From: Opitutus sp.
GTDB lineage: Bacteria > Verrucomicrobiota > Verrucomicrobiia > Opitutales > Opitutaceae
DNA: 64,000 nucleotides
Reading direction: 5' to 3'
NCBI GenBank assembly: GCA_024998815.1
Contig: JACEUQ010000003.1
Span: 259,900 to 323,899, forward strand
Of this stretch, positions 9,321-18,755 are shown in pieces. Numbering within the stretch: the stretch's first letter is position 1; the number at the start of each line of letters is the position of its first letter. A program made the translations under genes and the position numbers. The notes beneath the pieces are model-generated. The model did no database searches, was not told the origin of the DNA, and saw nothing but the letters and a program-made list of their open reading frames with translations.

Positions 9321-10610
9321 CTACTTCCACTCCACTTCGGCGCCGAGGGTGCGCAGGTTTTCCACGAAGCGCGGGTGGGCGCGTTTGATGATCTCAGCGT
9401 GACGCACCACCGACTCGCCGGGGATGGCCGCCGCCACCATGTAGAGCGCCACCGCCGCACGGATGATGTAGGGCGATTCCACTGTGGCCGGGCGCAGCGG
9501 GCGGTTGCCAAAAACCACGAGACGGTGCGGGTCGCTCACCAGCGCGTGCGCGCCGAACTTGGCCAACTCGGGGATCCACGAAAAACCGTTTTCGTAGACC
9601 TTGTTCCAGAAATGAATCGTGCCGTCGCAGCGCGTGCTCAGGGCGATCATCAGCGGGAGCAAATCGACCGAGAAATACGGCCACGGGGCGGCCTCGATTT
9701 TCGGCAGCAAATTGGTGGTGAAGGGCGTCTCGATGACCAACTTCTGGCCGCGGCGCACCACCACGGTGTCGCCCTCGTGTTCGATGACCACGCCGAGTTT
9801 TTTAAAGGCGCGGCTAATCAGGTCAAAGTGGTGCGGCAGGGCCTTGGTCACGCGAACCTCGCCGCCGGTGATGGCGCCGAGGGCGAGGAAGGTAACGATC
9901 TCGTGGTAGTCGCTGTTGATCGTGATGTCGGCGCCGTGGAGTTTTTCCACGCCGGAGATCTTGAGCATGGAGGTGCCCAGGCCCTCGATCTTCGCACCCA
10001 TGGCAACAAGCGCCGCGCACAGGTCCTGCACGTGGGGCTCGCTGGCGGCGTTGATCAGCGTGGATTCGCCGTCGGCGAGGGCGGCGGCCATGGCGAAGTT
10101 TTCGGTCACCGTGACCGACATGTAATCGCACCAGTGGCGCGCGCCCTTAAAACCCTTGGGCAAGGCGATGACGAGCGGGTCGCCCTCGTTCACGATGGCG
10201 CCCAGCACCGAGAGGATTTCGAGGTGCGGGTCGATTTCGCGCACGCCCAGCGAGCAGCCCTTGGTGTTGGCCTGAATGGCGATCTGGCGCAGGCGGTTGA
10301 GCAGCGCAGGATACAGCAAGACGGTCGAACGCATGTCCTGGGGCAGCTCATCGTTTTCGAGGGTGCTTCTGAAGGTGGCGTGGCAGACGCGCATCTCGGC
10401 CAGGTCGCGATCCCAGGTGATTTGCGAACCCTGCGACTGGAAAAACGCGACGAGTTTATTGAGGTCGGTGATGTCGGGGACGTTGCGCAACGTCACGGGC
10501 TCGTCGGTGAGCAAGGTAGCGCAAAAGATGGGCAGCACCGAGTTCTTGTTACCCGAAGGGGTGATGGTGCCGGTGAGGGGCTTGCCGCCGTGAACGATGA
10601 GATCGGACAT
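9321..10610 (-). CDS. murA: UDP-N-acetylglucosamine 1-carboxyvinyltransferase
   Basis: SGNKNSVLPI, DMRSTVLL, KGCSLGVREIDPH (catalytic Cys loop), SVTVTEN, AASEPHV, IKRAHPRFVENLRTLGA. Confidence 0.93.
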   Translation of the reverse strand: MSDLIVHGGKPLTGTITPSGNKNSVLPIFCATLLTDEPVTLRNVPDITDLNKLVAFFQSQGSQITWDRDLAEMRVCHATFRSTLENDELPQDMRSTVLLYPALLNRLRQIAIQANTKGCSLGVREIDPHLEILSVLGAIVNEGDPLVIALPKGFKGARHWCDYMSVTVTENFAMAAALADGESTLINAASEPHVQDLCAALVAMGAKIEGLGTSMLKISGVEKLHGADITINSDYHEIVTFLALGAITGGEVRVTKALPHHFDLISRAFKKLGVVIEHEGDTVVVRRGQKLVIETPFTTNLLPKIEAAPWPYFSVDLLPLMIALSTRCDGTIHFWNKVYENGFSWIPELAKFGAHALVSDPHRLVVFGNRPLRPATVESPYIIRAAVALYMVAAAIPGESVVRHAEIIKRAHPRFVENLRTLGAEVEWK

Positions 10611-10706
10611 CTGAGTGAGTTTAAAGGTGAGGGGAAAAGTAGAGAGGGAATGCCGGCGGCGGGGTCAGCCGCAGACCGACGCGGTGAGCCCAAGAAAACG
10701 GGACAC

Positions 10707-10739
10707 AAAAAAGGCGTCCGTGGTAAAACGGACGCCTTT
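10707..10739 (-). terminator. Rho-independent terminator of the 10784-12088 gene
   Basis: 12-bp stem AAAGGCGTCCGT/ACGGACGCCTTT, with a T6 run at the stem's 3' end on the minus strand. Confidence 0.8.
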
Positions 10740-10783
10740 AACATGCGCGGGGGCGGTGAGCCCTTGGCAAGGTTTAACTCGGT

Positions 10784-12088
10784 TTAAGCTGCGGGCGGGA
10801 TGCCTGAGCCGCCGCCATCGTGGCGATGGCCGCCGCCGCCCGGAGCACTCGGGCCGCCGGGGCCAGCTTGACCGCCGCCGGAACGACCCCGGCCGCGACC
10901 GCCGCGACGACGACCGCCGCCTTGGCCCTGCGGACGGTGTTCGCCGCCACCATGGCCATGGGCAGGTTGACCCTGGCCGTGGCCCTGCTGGGTCGGATTG
11001 GCGCCTTGCGGGCCGCTGGGGCCGCCTTGGGGAGCGCCGCCGCCGGAGCGACCGCGACCACCGCGACGACGACGACGACGGTTGCCATCGGGGCCGCCTT
11101 CACCGGGTTGGCCCTGCTGCGAAGGCTGGGCGCCGGGGAGGGACGGCTTGCCGGGCTCGGGCGCGGTGCCGAACAGGCCTTTAACCCAGCCGAACAGGCC
11201 GCTGGGCTTCTTGCCGGAAACAGGCTGCGATGGGCCACCGGCGAGCGGGGCTGAGCCCGAAGCCGGAGCGCCGGGGGCGATCGGACCACGCTCATCGCGC
11301 GGCTGGCGCGGGCCACCGTCACGCGGCTGCGAACGGTTGCCCTGACCTTGACCACCACCGCGTTGACCGCCGCGGCCTTGACCGCCACGGCCCTGGCCAC
11401 CGCGACCTTGACCGCCGCGACCCTGGCGATTTCCAGGGTTGTGGAAATCTTCGCGAGGCAACGGCTTGCCGCTGGCATCGGGCGCACGCTCGAGCATGGG
11501 CACTTCGCTGCGACGCACCGGACGGAACACCGGGCGTTCCGCCTCAAGCGGAGACTCGGCGCGCTGCACGGCGGGCTTGGGAGCCGAACCGGTGGAGGCC
11601 GCAGCGGCTTTACCCTCGTAAGGGAAAGCGGGCTTGGACTCCCAGCTTTGGGCGGGACGCTTCACTTCGGCGGGAGGGAGGATATTGAGCTCAGCCTTGA
11701 CGGCGGGAGCGGGAGGAATAACAGCGGTGGCCGGGGCCTCCGCGGGTTTGCTAACAACCACTGGCGCAACAGGAATCGCGGCGGCCGGAGCCGGGGCGAC
11801 GACAGGAGCAGCACTGACAGGAGCCACGTCAGCCGAAGCGAACGGGTTCTGGTATTCCGCCTCCGCCTTAAGCACTTGCACGGCGGAGGGTTGGTAGGTG
11901 CCGGAGGCGGCAGGGTTGCTGGCGGAGGCCGGAGCGGCCTGGGGCGTGACGCGTTTACCGCGCGCGAGACCCGAGCCGCGGTTGGCGCCGGCATCGGCAC
12001 CCCAATCGGCTACGGGCGCAGCGGGTGCGCCAGCGTTCTCGGCAGGAGCCCCGGAGGGCGTGGTGCCGGACGTGGTATTATCTGACAT
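10784..12088 (-). CDS. Low-complexity Pro/Ala/Gly/Arg-rich protein with (GQGRG)n and poly-Arg tracts
   Basis: 434-aa ORF from ATG 12088, followed by a terminator; LFGWVKGLFG amphipathic segment. Confidence 0.7.
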   Translation of the reverse strand: MSDNTTSGTTPSGAPAENAGAPAAPVADWGADAGANRGSGLARGKRVTPQAAPASASNPAASGTYQPSAVQVLKAEAEYQNPFASADVAPVSAAPVVAPAPAAAIPVAPVVVSKPAEAPATAVIPPAPAVKAELNILPPAEVKRPAQSWESKPAFPYEGKAAAASTGSAPKPAVQRAESPLEAERPVFRPVRRSEVPMLERAPDASGKPLPREDFHNPGNRQGRGGQGRGGQGRGGQGRGGQRGGGQGQGNRSQPRDGGPRQPRDERGPIAPGAPASGSAPLAGGPSQPVSGKKPSGLFGWVKGLFGTAPEPGKPSLPGAQPSQQGQPGEGGPDGNRRRRRRGGRGRSGGGAPQGGPSGPQGANPTQQGHGQGQPAHGHGGGEHRPQGQGGGRRRGGRGRGRSGGGQAGPGGPSAPGGGGHRHDGGGSGIPPAA

Positions 12089-12341
12089 GTCTTTGTTTAT
12101 CTGTGGGTTAAACTCGCGCTCACCGCGTAGGGCGGGAGCTGCAAGGGACGTGTTATCGCGGGGCGCGTGAGCGCTCAACGCAGGTAACAACCCATTGACC
12201 GTCACCCAACCGTTGCCTTGGCGCAACAGCTAATTTCCCTCCCAAGACCGCCTGCCGCGCCCTCGCGTTTGCCGGAGTAGAATCGCGCTGCGGCGCACTT
12301 GCCCCTTGATCCTCGCCCCCGCTCCCGCCAAACCTCCGCCC

Positions 12342-12713
12342 ATGGACAAGCTCGAAGAAATTTTCCGCATGCAAGAGGCCCTCAACGCGCGCATCGGCGT
12401 CACCCTGCCGCCGGCCACCGAGGAGGAGAAAACCAAGTGGATCCTCAACTACACCCGCGCCATGCAGCAGGAAACCGCCGAGTTGATCGACAGCGTTCCC
12501 TGGAAATGGTGGGCCAAGTACCAGAAATTCGACGAGCAAAACGCCAAGGTCGAGGTCGTCGACCTGTTCCACTTCCTCGTTTCGCTGGCCCAAACCCTCG
12601 GCATGACCTCCGAGGACGTTTACCAAGCCTACCTGAAGAAAAACGCGGTTAACCACCAGCGCCAGGAATCCGGCTACGTCAAAAAGGACGAGGCCGACTC
12701 CAAGCACATCTAA
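12342..12713 (+). CDS. Dimeric (all-alpha) dUTPase family protein
   Basis: QETAELIDSVPWKWW, KVEVVDLFHFLVS, YLKKNAVNHQRQESGY. Confidence 0.85.
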   Translation: MDKLEEIFRMQEALNARIGVTLPPATEEEKTKWILNYTRAMQQETAELIDSVPWKWWAKYQKFDEQNAKVEVVDLFHFLVSLAQTLGMTSEDVYQAYLKKNAVNHQRQESGYVKKDEADSKHI

Positions 12714-12762
12714 CGCGCCCGGGCCGGCGGCTCGACTCACGCGCAAGCTGCGGCGCGTCCAA

Positions 12763-12890
12763 ACCTTGAGCTCACGCTCAGGGCCACGCCCGGCCCAAGA
12801 AATCCTCCCACCACCTTGAGCTCACGCTCAGGGCCACACCCGGCCCAAGAAATCCTCCCACCACCCTGAGCTCACGCTCAGGGCCACGCC
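12763..12890. repeat. Tandem array of a 50-bp unit (about 2.5 copies) containing REP-B
   Basis: CC(T/C)TGAGCTCACGCTCAGGGCCAC at 12764, 12814, 12864 with near-identical linkers; a REP-B variant follows at 12940-12963. Confidence 0.9.
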
Positions 12891-13010
12891 CTGCAACCCT
12901 CGCCGTGGACTCGAACGCCCCCGTTGACCGGCACTCCCCGTGGCCTTGCGCGTGAGCGCAGGGTGTTTTTCTCCACCGGGATTCGCCCCTCCCCTCCGCC
13001 TCTCCGCGCC

Positions 13011-13490
13011 ATGATCGCCGCCGGCCAGAAACCCCCAACCGATTTCACCCTTTCCGTTGTGCGCGACGGCGTGGCCAGCGAGGTCGTTTTCCGCGACCTG
13101 CTGACCGGGCCGACCATCGTGTCGGTCTACATGAAGAACAACACGCCCTCCTGCGACCGCCAGACCGAGTCGCTCGGCGCGCACGCCGCTGAGTTCGCCT
13201 CCCTTGGCTATCAACTGATCGCGCTCAGCCGCGACACCTGCGGCTCGCATCTAAAGTACGCCGCCAAAAAGGGCCTCGGCTACATCCTGGCGAGCGACCC
13301 CACCGACGGCTTTGCCCGGGCGACCGACTCCATCGTGGAAAAGTCCATGTATGGCAAAACCTACCAGAGCCCGGCCCGCGCCGCGTATGTGTTCGCCGCC
13401 GACGGCACCGTACTGGCCGTGATCACCAAGGTGGACACCAAAGATCACGCCGCCCAACTCCGGGCCGTGCTCGCCGGGCTCGGGCGCTAG
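13011..13490 (+). CDS. Peroxiredoxin (Bcp/AhpC-TSA family)
   Basis: YMKNNTPSC (peroxidatic Cys), ALSRDTCGSH, ILASD, EKSMYGK, RAAYV. Confidence 0.85.
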   Translation: MIAAGQKPPTDFTLSVVRDGVASEVVFRDLLTGPTIVSVYMKNNTPSCDRQTESLGAHAAEFASLGYQLIALSRDTCGSHLKYAAKKGLGYILASDPTDGFARATDSIVEKSMYGKTYQSPARAAYVFAADGTVLAVITKVDTKDHAAQLRAVLAGLGR

Positions 13491-13534
13491 CCGGCAACGC
13501 CGGCGCTGCAAAATTAACGGAATACTTCGATCCG

Positions 13535-13614
13535 TTTAGCCGCGAAAGATCGCAGAGAACGCATAGAAATACAGGGTTTGTTCTTTGCGCTCCTTGCGTT
13601 CTTTCGCGGCTAAA
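13535..13614. repeat. Repeat family C (GAACGCA-like units) inverted pair
   Basis: TTTAGCCGCGAAAG...CTTTCGCGGCTAAA; near-identical copy at 23835-23915. Confidence 0.85.
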
Positions 13615-13765
13615 TTGCCGTGGCTTGATCCAGCATTTTGAATGTTACAGCCTGCGAGATAGGGAAAATGTAACTATGCGGGTTACACCGCCTAAAGGGA
13701 TTGCGGTCAAAGCGCGGCGAGGTGCAACTCAGTGCCACCCCACCGCCCCACCCCACTTCGCCCCC

Positions 13766-15094
13766 ATGAAAGTGCTTCCCCTCCTCCTTGCCGTTTCGCT
13801 GGTCGCCAACGCCGCCCTGCTCACGGTTAACTGGCGCTCGTCGCCCGGCGATGCCCCGCCCGATGGGCAAATCACCCCCGCGCGCCCTTTCGGTGCCGCC
13901 CCCTCCGCTGCGTCAGGCGCCAACGGCGAAGCGCGGCTTTCCCCTGCTGCAGCCGCCATTTTCGCAGACGACAACCCCGAGGCCCTCCGCGACCTGCTGC
14001 GCGCCTCGGGATTGCCCGACGACTTGGTGCGCGCCATCGTTCAAATGCGTGTCTGGAAAAAGTACGAGGCGCGCTTCAAAGCCCTCAATCCCCAGCCCTC
14101 CGATTTCGAGGCCAAGCAGTCCTGGTGGAAGGACGACCCCAGCCAAGTTAACGGCTGGAATGGCAACCGATCCAAGGCCCAGCGCGACGAGGCGCGCCGC
14201 TTGCAACGCGAGGTCAAAGAGGAGTCCGAACGCCTGCTGGGCGTGGACCCCACGCAAAACCGCTGGCAGTCGCAGCAGTTCGCCTTTCTCGCCCCCGAAA
14301 AGCGCCAAGCCCTCCTCGATATCCAGCAGGACTACCAGGAGTTGATCAACGAGGTGCAGCAGGACACCCAGGGCTTCCGCCTCGCCTCCGACGGGGAAAA
14401 ACTTCGCTACCTGCAGGCCGAGCAAAAGCGCGACATGGAGGCGCTGATGTCGCCAGCCGAGCGCCAGGCTTACGAGCTGCGCCAGTCGTCCACCGCGCAA
14501 CAGTTGCGCGTCAAAATGACCGCGTTAAACGCCACCGAACAGGAATACCTTAAGATCTTCCCGCTGCAAAAAGCCTTCGACGAACTGTACAACCCGCAGA
14601 ACAGCGACCCGTTTGGCGGCGGTGCGGAGCGCGACCAGGCTTACTGGAAGGCGCGCCAGGCTGCGGAAGCTCAACTGCAGGCGCAGATCAAGGCGGTCGT
14701 CGGCGAGGCCCGCTACGCCGAGTCGATTCGCAAACAGGACAACGACTGGCGGCAGCTCGAGGCCGCCACCCGCCGCCTGACTCTGCCCGCCGACACGCCC
14801 GCGCGCCTTTACCCGTTGCGCGACAGCACCGCCTCGGCCGCCCAGCAGATTGCGACCAACGCCGACCTGCCCGCAGCGCAGAAAAAACAAGCGCTGGCCG
14901 AACTGGCCGCCGCCACCCGCGCGCAGGTACGTGCCAGCCTCGGGTCCGAAGGGTCCGAGGCCTATTTCAAAAACAACGGTATGCGTTGGCTCAAGGAACT
15001 CGAGAAGGGCAACACCATCACATTTAACGCGAACGACTCTGGGTGGAGCACCAAATCCCTTCCCAAAGAACCCCAAAAAGCCGCCAGCCCCTAA
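13766..15094 (+). CDS. Hypothetical secreted or membrane-anchored alpha-helical protein
   Basis: MKVLPLLLAVSLVANAALL N-terminus; 442 aa, rich in Q/E/A. Confidence 0.7.
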   Translation: MKVLPLLLAVSLVANAALLTVNWRSSPGDAPPDGQITPARPFGAAPSAASGANGEARLSPAAAAIFADDNPEALRDLLRASGLPDDLVRAIVQMRVWKKYEARFKALNPQPSDFEAKQSWWKDDPSQVNGWNGNRSKAQRDEARRLQREVKEESERLLGVDPTQNRWQSQQFAFLAPEKRQALLDIQQDYQELINEVQQDTQGFRLASDGEKLRYLQAEQKRDMEALMSPAERQAYELRQSSTAQQLRVKMTALNATEQEYLKIFPLQKAFDELYNPQNSDPFGGGAERDQAYWKARQAAEAQLQAQIKAVVGEARYAESIRKQDNDWRQLEAATRRLTLPADTPARLYPLRDSTASAAQQIATNADLPAAQKKQALAELAAATRAQVRASLGSEGSEAYFKNNGMRWLKELEKGNTITFNANDSGWSTKSLPKEPQKAASP

Positions 15095-15097
15095 CCC

Positions 15098-15385
15098 GGG
15101 CGCATCCCAGTTTCTGAAAAGGGGGACCTGTGGCCCTGAGCGTGAGCTCAGGGATTACGCGGTATTTGCGCATCCAGACCCTGAGCTCACGCTCAGGGCC
15201 ACGCACCTGAATGCCCCTCCTCGTAGCCTTGCGCGTGAGCGCAGGGTGTTTTGCCCCACCCGTATCCCTGAGCTTCCCTGAGCTCACGCTCAGGGCCACG
15301 CACCGTTTCGCTGAGCACGAACCTACACTAGGACCCGTTTTTTCCAGCGAAAAGCAGCTCACTATTCAAAAACTGGGATGCGCCC
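15098..15385. mobile_element. 288-bp MITE (inverted sister of 3872-4067) carrying extra REP-B units
   Basis: 16-bp perfect TIR GGGCGCATCCCAGTTT; 8-bp direct repeat CCTAACCC at 15090-15097 and 15386-15393. Confidence 0.85.
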
Positions 15386-15492
15386 CCTAACCCTCCCTTC
15401 GCCCCCCCCAAAGACACCCCCACAAGATCAGAAAAACTAATAGTATTGCCGCGCCAAACGCGAATAAATTATGGGTCGTGCTTCACCCGAGC

Positions 15493-16737
15493 ATGAAAAC
15501 CCATCTCATTGCCTGCCTCCTGATCCCGAGTCTGCTGCCCTGCGCTTATGCCGCAGTACCCGCTGTGGCTAAAGCGCCCTCGCCCGTCGAGGTCGCCTTC
15601 ACCGGCTCGCTCGGATACGACAACAACGTGTACCTGGTCGACCAAGGCACACTTGGCCGCGTCGACTCGGTCGTCTCCACCGTGGGTGCCAAGATGGGGA
15701 CCCAGTTTGGCTGCGGAGCGTCCGCCAGCTACGCCGCCACCGGCGCCCGATTCTGGAACGCCAGCGACGAGGACAACGTGAAGCACCAGCTCGCCGCGGG
15801 TTATAAGCACAGCTTCGATGCGCTCAGCGTGACTGCCGCCACCGAATTCGCCCAGATCCAAGGCGAGGATCAGGGCAGCGTTTACGGGACTATGCCCGGC
15901 AAAAGCAGTTTCACCACCGTCGCCCCGCGTGAACGCCGCGACCAGTTGCAGAACAAAACCGACCTGGCCGTGCGCTACGACCTCGGCCAAAACTTCGTGC
16001 GCGGCGTGGGCAAACTCCAGTACTGGGACATGCAAACCCACGTCTTGAGCGGGGCCGAAAACTACCGCGACCGCTACGACCTCAACGGTGGCGCCGACTT
16101 CGGCCGGGCATTCGCGAAGGGCGGCCCCGATTACTACCTCGGTTACCGCCGCGGCTATTGTTACCAAGACACGGACGCCGCCCCGGCCACAGTCAACCAC
16201 GCTACCAACCCGTACACCCGGTTCCTCGCTGGTGTGGACGGCAAAGTCACCCCCAACCTCAAACTGGCCGCCCAGCTCGGGTGGACCGTCCATGAGTATA
16301 CCTCCTCCTATCTCGGCGCCGACAAGAGCATCGAGGGGCTTTACCAGGACGTCACCGCCACCTGGAAGGCCGCCGCCAACGACGAGCTCCAGCTCAAGAC
16401 CAGCATGGGCCGCGTAGTCTCCTCCACGGGCTGCGCGAGTGTACTCGCCTCCGCCTACCAGCTCGGATGGAAACACGACTTCAGCAAACAGTGGACCGCC
16501 ACGCTGACCGGCCGCCTGTGCAAGAATAACTACGATGGCAGCTCTACCGATCGCAACGACGTGCTTTACACCGCCATCGCCGGCCTCACTTGGAACTCCA
16601 GTGCCACGCTCGCCTGGACGCTCTCAGTGACCCAGGAATTCGCCAAAAACATCCGCACCAACGTGACTGAAACCTTCAGCGACCAGGCCGCCTTTGAGCG
16701 CACCTTCGTTTCCGCCGCAATCACCTGGAAGCTGTAA
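15493..16737 (+). CDS. Outer-membrane beta-barrel protein
   Basis: Signal peptide; alternating aromatic/hydrophobic strands throughout; C-terminal AITWKL. Confidence 0.7.
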   Translation: MKTHLIACLLIPSLLPCAYAAVPAVAKAPSPVEVAFTGSLGYDNNVYLVDQGTLGRVDSVVSTVGAKMGTQFGCGASASYAATGARFWNASDEDNVKHQLAAGYKHSFDALSVTAATEFAQIQGEDQGSVYGTMPGKSSFTTVAPRERRDQLQNKTDLAVRYDLGQNFVRGVGKLQYWDMQTHVLSGAENYRDRYDLNGGADFGRAFAKGGPDYYLGYRRGYCYQDTDAAPATVNHATNPYTRFLAGVDGKVTPNLKLAAQLGWTVHEYTSSYLGADKSIEGLYQDVTATWKAAANDELQLKTSMGRVVSSTGCASVLASAYQLGWKHDFSKQWTATLTGRLCKNNYDGSSTDRNDVLYTAIAGLTWNSSATLAWTLSVTQEFAKNIRTNVTETFSDQAAFERTFVSAAITWKL

Positions 16738-16761
16738 TCGAGCACTGCGCCCGTCCGGCAC

Positions 16762-17718
16762 TTACGCGTAGCGGCGTGCGGGGGCGAGCGCGGGCAGGTG
16801 GCGCTCAATCTCGCGGCGCGAGCGTTCCAATGGGCCCTTGAGCGTGCTGCCGAGGCTCGCCACCGGTTCATCCATCGCAAAACCGGGCGTCGCCGTGGCG
16901 ATTTCAAAGAGCACGCCGCCGGGCTCACGGTAATAAATCGAGTGAAAATAGGTCCGGTCACGCACGTCCGACACCGCATAACCGGCCTGCTGCAATCGCT
17001 TCTGCATGCCGAGTTCTGCGGCGTCATCAGGTACGCTCCAGGCCAGGTGATGAACCGTGCCCGCCCCGCCGCTACCGGGAGCGGCAGCGGGATCGGCGAT
17101 CACGTCGATAAACTGCCCTGACACACCGCCCGAGCCGGCTGCAGACGCCGCGACGAAGCGGGAGCGATTACCTTCACGGGAGACGCGCTGGTAGCCCATC
17201 GGCCCCGTGAGCAACGCTTCCGTCGGTGCGGCAACGCGCACCGTCACCTCGGCGGTGTGCAGGCCGCGCAAGGCTTGGGCGGCGGGGATGTCGGGATGCC
17301 CCAACCAACCCGCGCGGGCGTCGGCCGCCACCGCGACCAGTTCGACGGGAATGCCATCAGGATCGACGAAGGCGACGAGGTCTTCGCCAAAACGACTGCG
17401 GCGGGTTGCGGCAACCCCGTGGCGTTGAAGGCGCACCTGCCAGAAATCCAGAGAAGCGGCCGGTATTGAAAAAACGAGGGCGGTCGACTGACCCGAGCCG
17501 AGGCGGCCACGGGCCTCATAGCCGGGCCAGTAGAAAAACGTAACGATGCTGCCCGGCGTGCCGGTTTCGTCGCCGTAGTAAAGGTGGTAGGCGCCGGGGT
17601 CGTCGAAGTTGACCGTGCGTTTGACCAGCCGCAACCCGAGCAGGCCGGCGTAAAAATCCACGTTGGCCTGCGGGTCGCTGGCAATGGCGGTGAGGTGGTG
17701 TAGGCCGGTGGGAAACAT
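16762..17718 (-). CDS. Ring-cleaving dioxygenase, VOC/glyoxalase family (MhqO-like)
   Basis: GLHHLTAIA, LVKRTVNFDDPGAYHLYYGD, GTVHHLAW, DRTYFHSIYYREPGGVLFEIAT. Confidence 0.92.
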   Translation of the reverse strand: MFPTGLHHLTAIASDPQANVDFYAGLLGLRLVKRTVNFDDPGAYHLYYGDETGTPGSIVTFFYWPGYEARGRLGSGQSTALVFSIPAASLDFWQVRLQRHGVAATRRSRFGEDLVAFVDPDGIPVELVAVAADARAGWLGHPDIPAAQALRGLHTAEVTVRVAAPTEALLTGPMGYQRVSREGNRSRFVAASAAGSGGVSGQFIDVIADPAAAPGSGGAGTVHHLAWSVPDDAAELGMQKRLQQAGYAVSDVRDRTYFHSIYYREPGGVLFEIATATPGFAMDEPVASLGSTLKGPLERSRREIERHLPALAPARRYA

Positions 17719-17763
17719 GGGCGCAGGGTTCGGAAGAAACAGGGGAAACCGGAATGAGCAGAA

Positions 17764-17846
17764 GAACGAGAACGAGTAAGAGTAGGAGTAGGAGCGCCGG
17801 GCGGATTAAATCGTTCTCGTCCTCGTTCTCTTACTCCTACTCGTTC
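17764..17846. repeat. Inverted pair of hexamer arrays (GAGAAC/GAGTAG units)
   Basis: GAACGAGAACGAGTAAGAGTAGGAGTAGGAG ... TCGTTCTCGTCCTCGTTCTCTTACTCCTACTCGTTC. Confidence 0.75.
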
Positions 17847-17943
17847 GCCTGCTGGTTCGCTCTTACACGACGCTCATACTAAGGCGGGTTCAAGATGCGT
17901 TTAACTAACCAGGCTTCTGGCGCGCGGACACTTTCGGTCAACA

Positions 17944-18013
17944 CCCTGAGCTCACGCTCAAGGCCACGAGGACTGTGTTAGCGAAGCGTGTGGCCTTGAG
18001 CGTGAGCTCAAGG
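17944..18013. repeat. REP-B inverted pair
   Basis: CCCTGAGCTCACGCTCAAGGCCAC / GTGGCCTTGAGCGTGAGCTCAAGG; spacer resembles that at 22480-22501. Confidence 0.9.
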
Positions 18014-18046
18014 ATGCCGTAAGCCCCACTTGAACGATAATGACGC

Positions 18047-18697
18047 TCACTTGCGCGGCGCGGCGCCGGCGATTGCCAGGGAAAGCTGAATGCTCTCGGA
18101 CACCTTTTCGGTGGCCTGCCCGGCCATGATGTTGAACTCGCTGCGGTTGATCGCGAAGGTGGAGCGCAGCACCAGCAGGTCGCCCTTAATCTTCTCGTCG
18201 TTGAGGCGGGCACCGAGTTTGTCCGCCAGGTAGGTGAACGTGACCGGCACAGTCAGCTCCTTGGTGATACCCTTGAGCGTGAGTTTGCCGGTGAGGTCGG
18301 CGAGGATCTGCGCGCCCTGAGTGCGGACGTTGGAGAGCTTGGAGGCCTCGAAAACGATGGTCGGGTACTGAGCCACATCGAGCCACTTAGCGCCCTGAAG
18401 GTGGTCGAGCATCATCGAGTTGCCCACGGTAAGGGACTTGGCTTCGAGCACGATGCGGCCGGTGGTGGTGGCGGGCGCGGCGGGATCAAAACTGACGCTG
18501 CCGCTCACCCCGTTGGCGGTGCCGGTGATGGCTTCGAGCGGAGCATCGAGGTTGAACTGGATGTTGTTCACGCCCTTCGGGTCTTTGAAGTCGAAGGTTT
18601 GGGGCGCGGCGTGGGCGGCGGCGGTGGTTAGCAGCGCGCACGCGGCAAACACGACTGGCAGACGAAGGGCGGAGGCGAGGGAGGAGTTAAAACGCAT
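18047..18697 (-). CDS. YceI family protein, secreted
   Basis: Signal peptide; DHLQGAKWLDVAQYPTIVF, GKLTLKGITKE, FAINRSEF. Confidence 0.9.
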   Translation of the reverse strand: MRFNSSLASALRLPVVFAACALLTTAAAHAAPQTFDFKDPKGVNNIQFNLDAPLEAITGTANGVSGSVSFDPAAPATTTGRIVLEAKSLTVGNSMMLDHLQGAKWLDVAQYPTIVFEASKLSNVRTQGAQILADLTGKLTLKGITKELTVPVTFTYLADKLGARLNDEKIKGDLLVLRSTFAINRSEFNIMAGQATEKVSESIQLSLAIAGAAPRK

Positions 18698-18755
18698 GGC
18701 CCAGACCATAACCCAGCGGTCGCTTTGCCGCTAGTGCAAGGAACGGATTGCTTCC

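Noticed and set aside
12763-12890. CRISPR-like array (palindromic 24-bp repeat with 26-bp gaps)
   Set aside because: The spacers are near-identical to each other, the repeat is a dispersed REP found throughout the backbone, and there are no cas genes.
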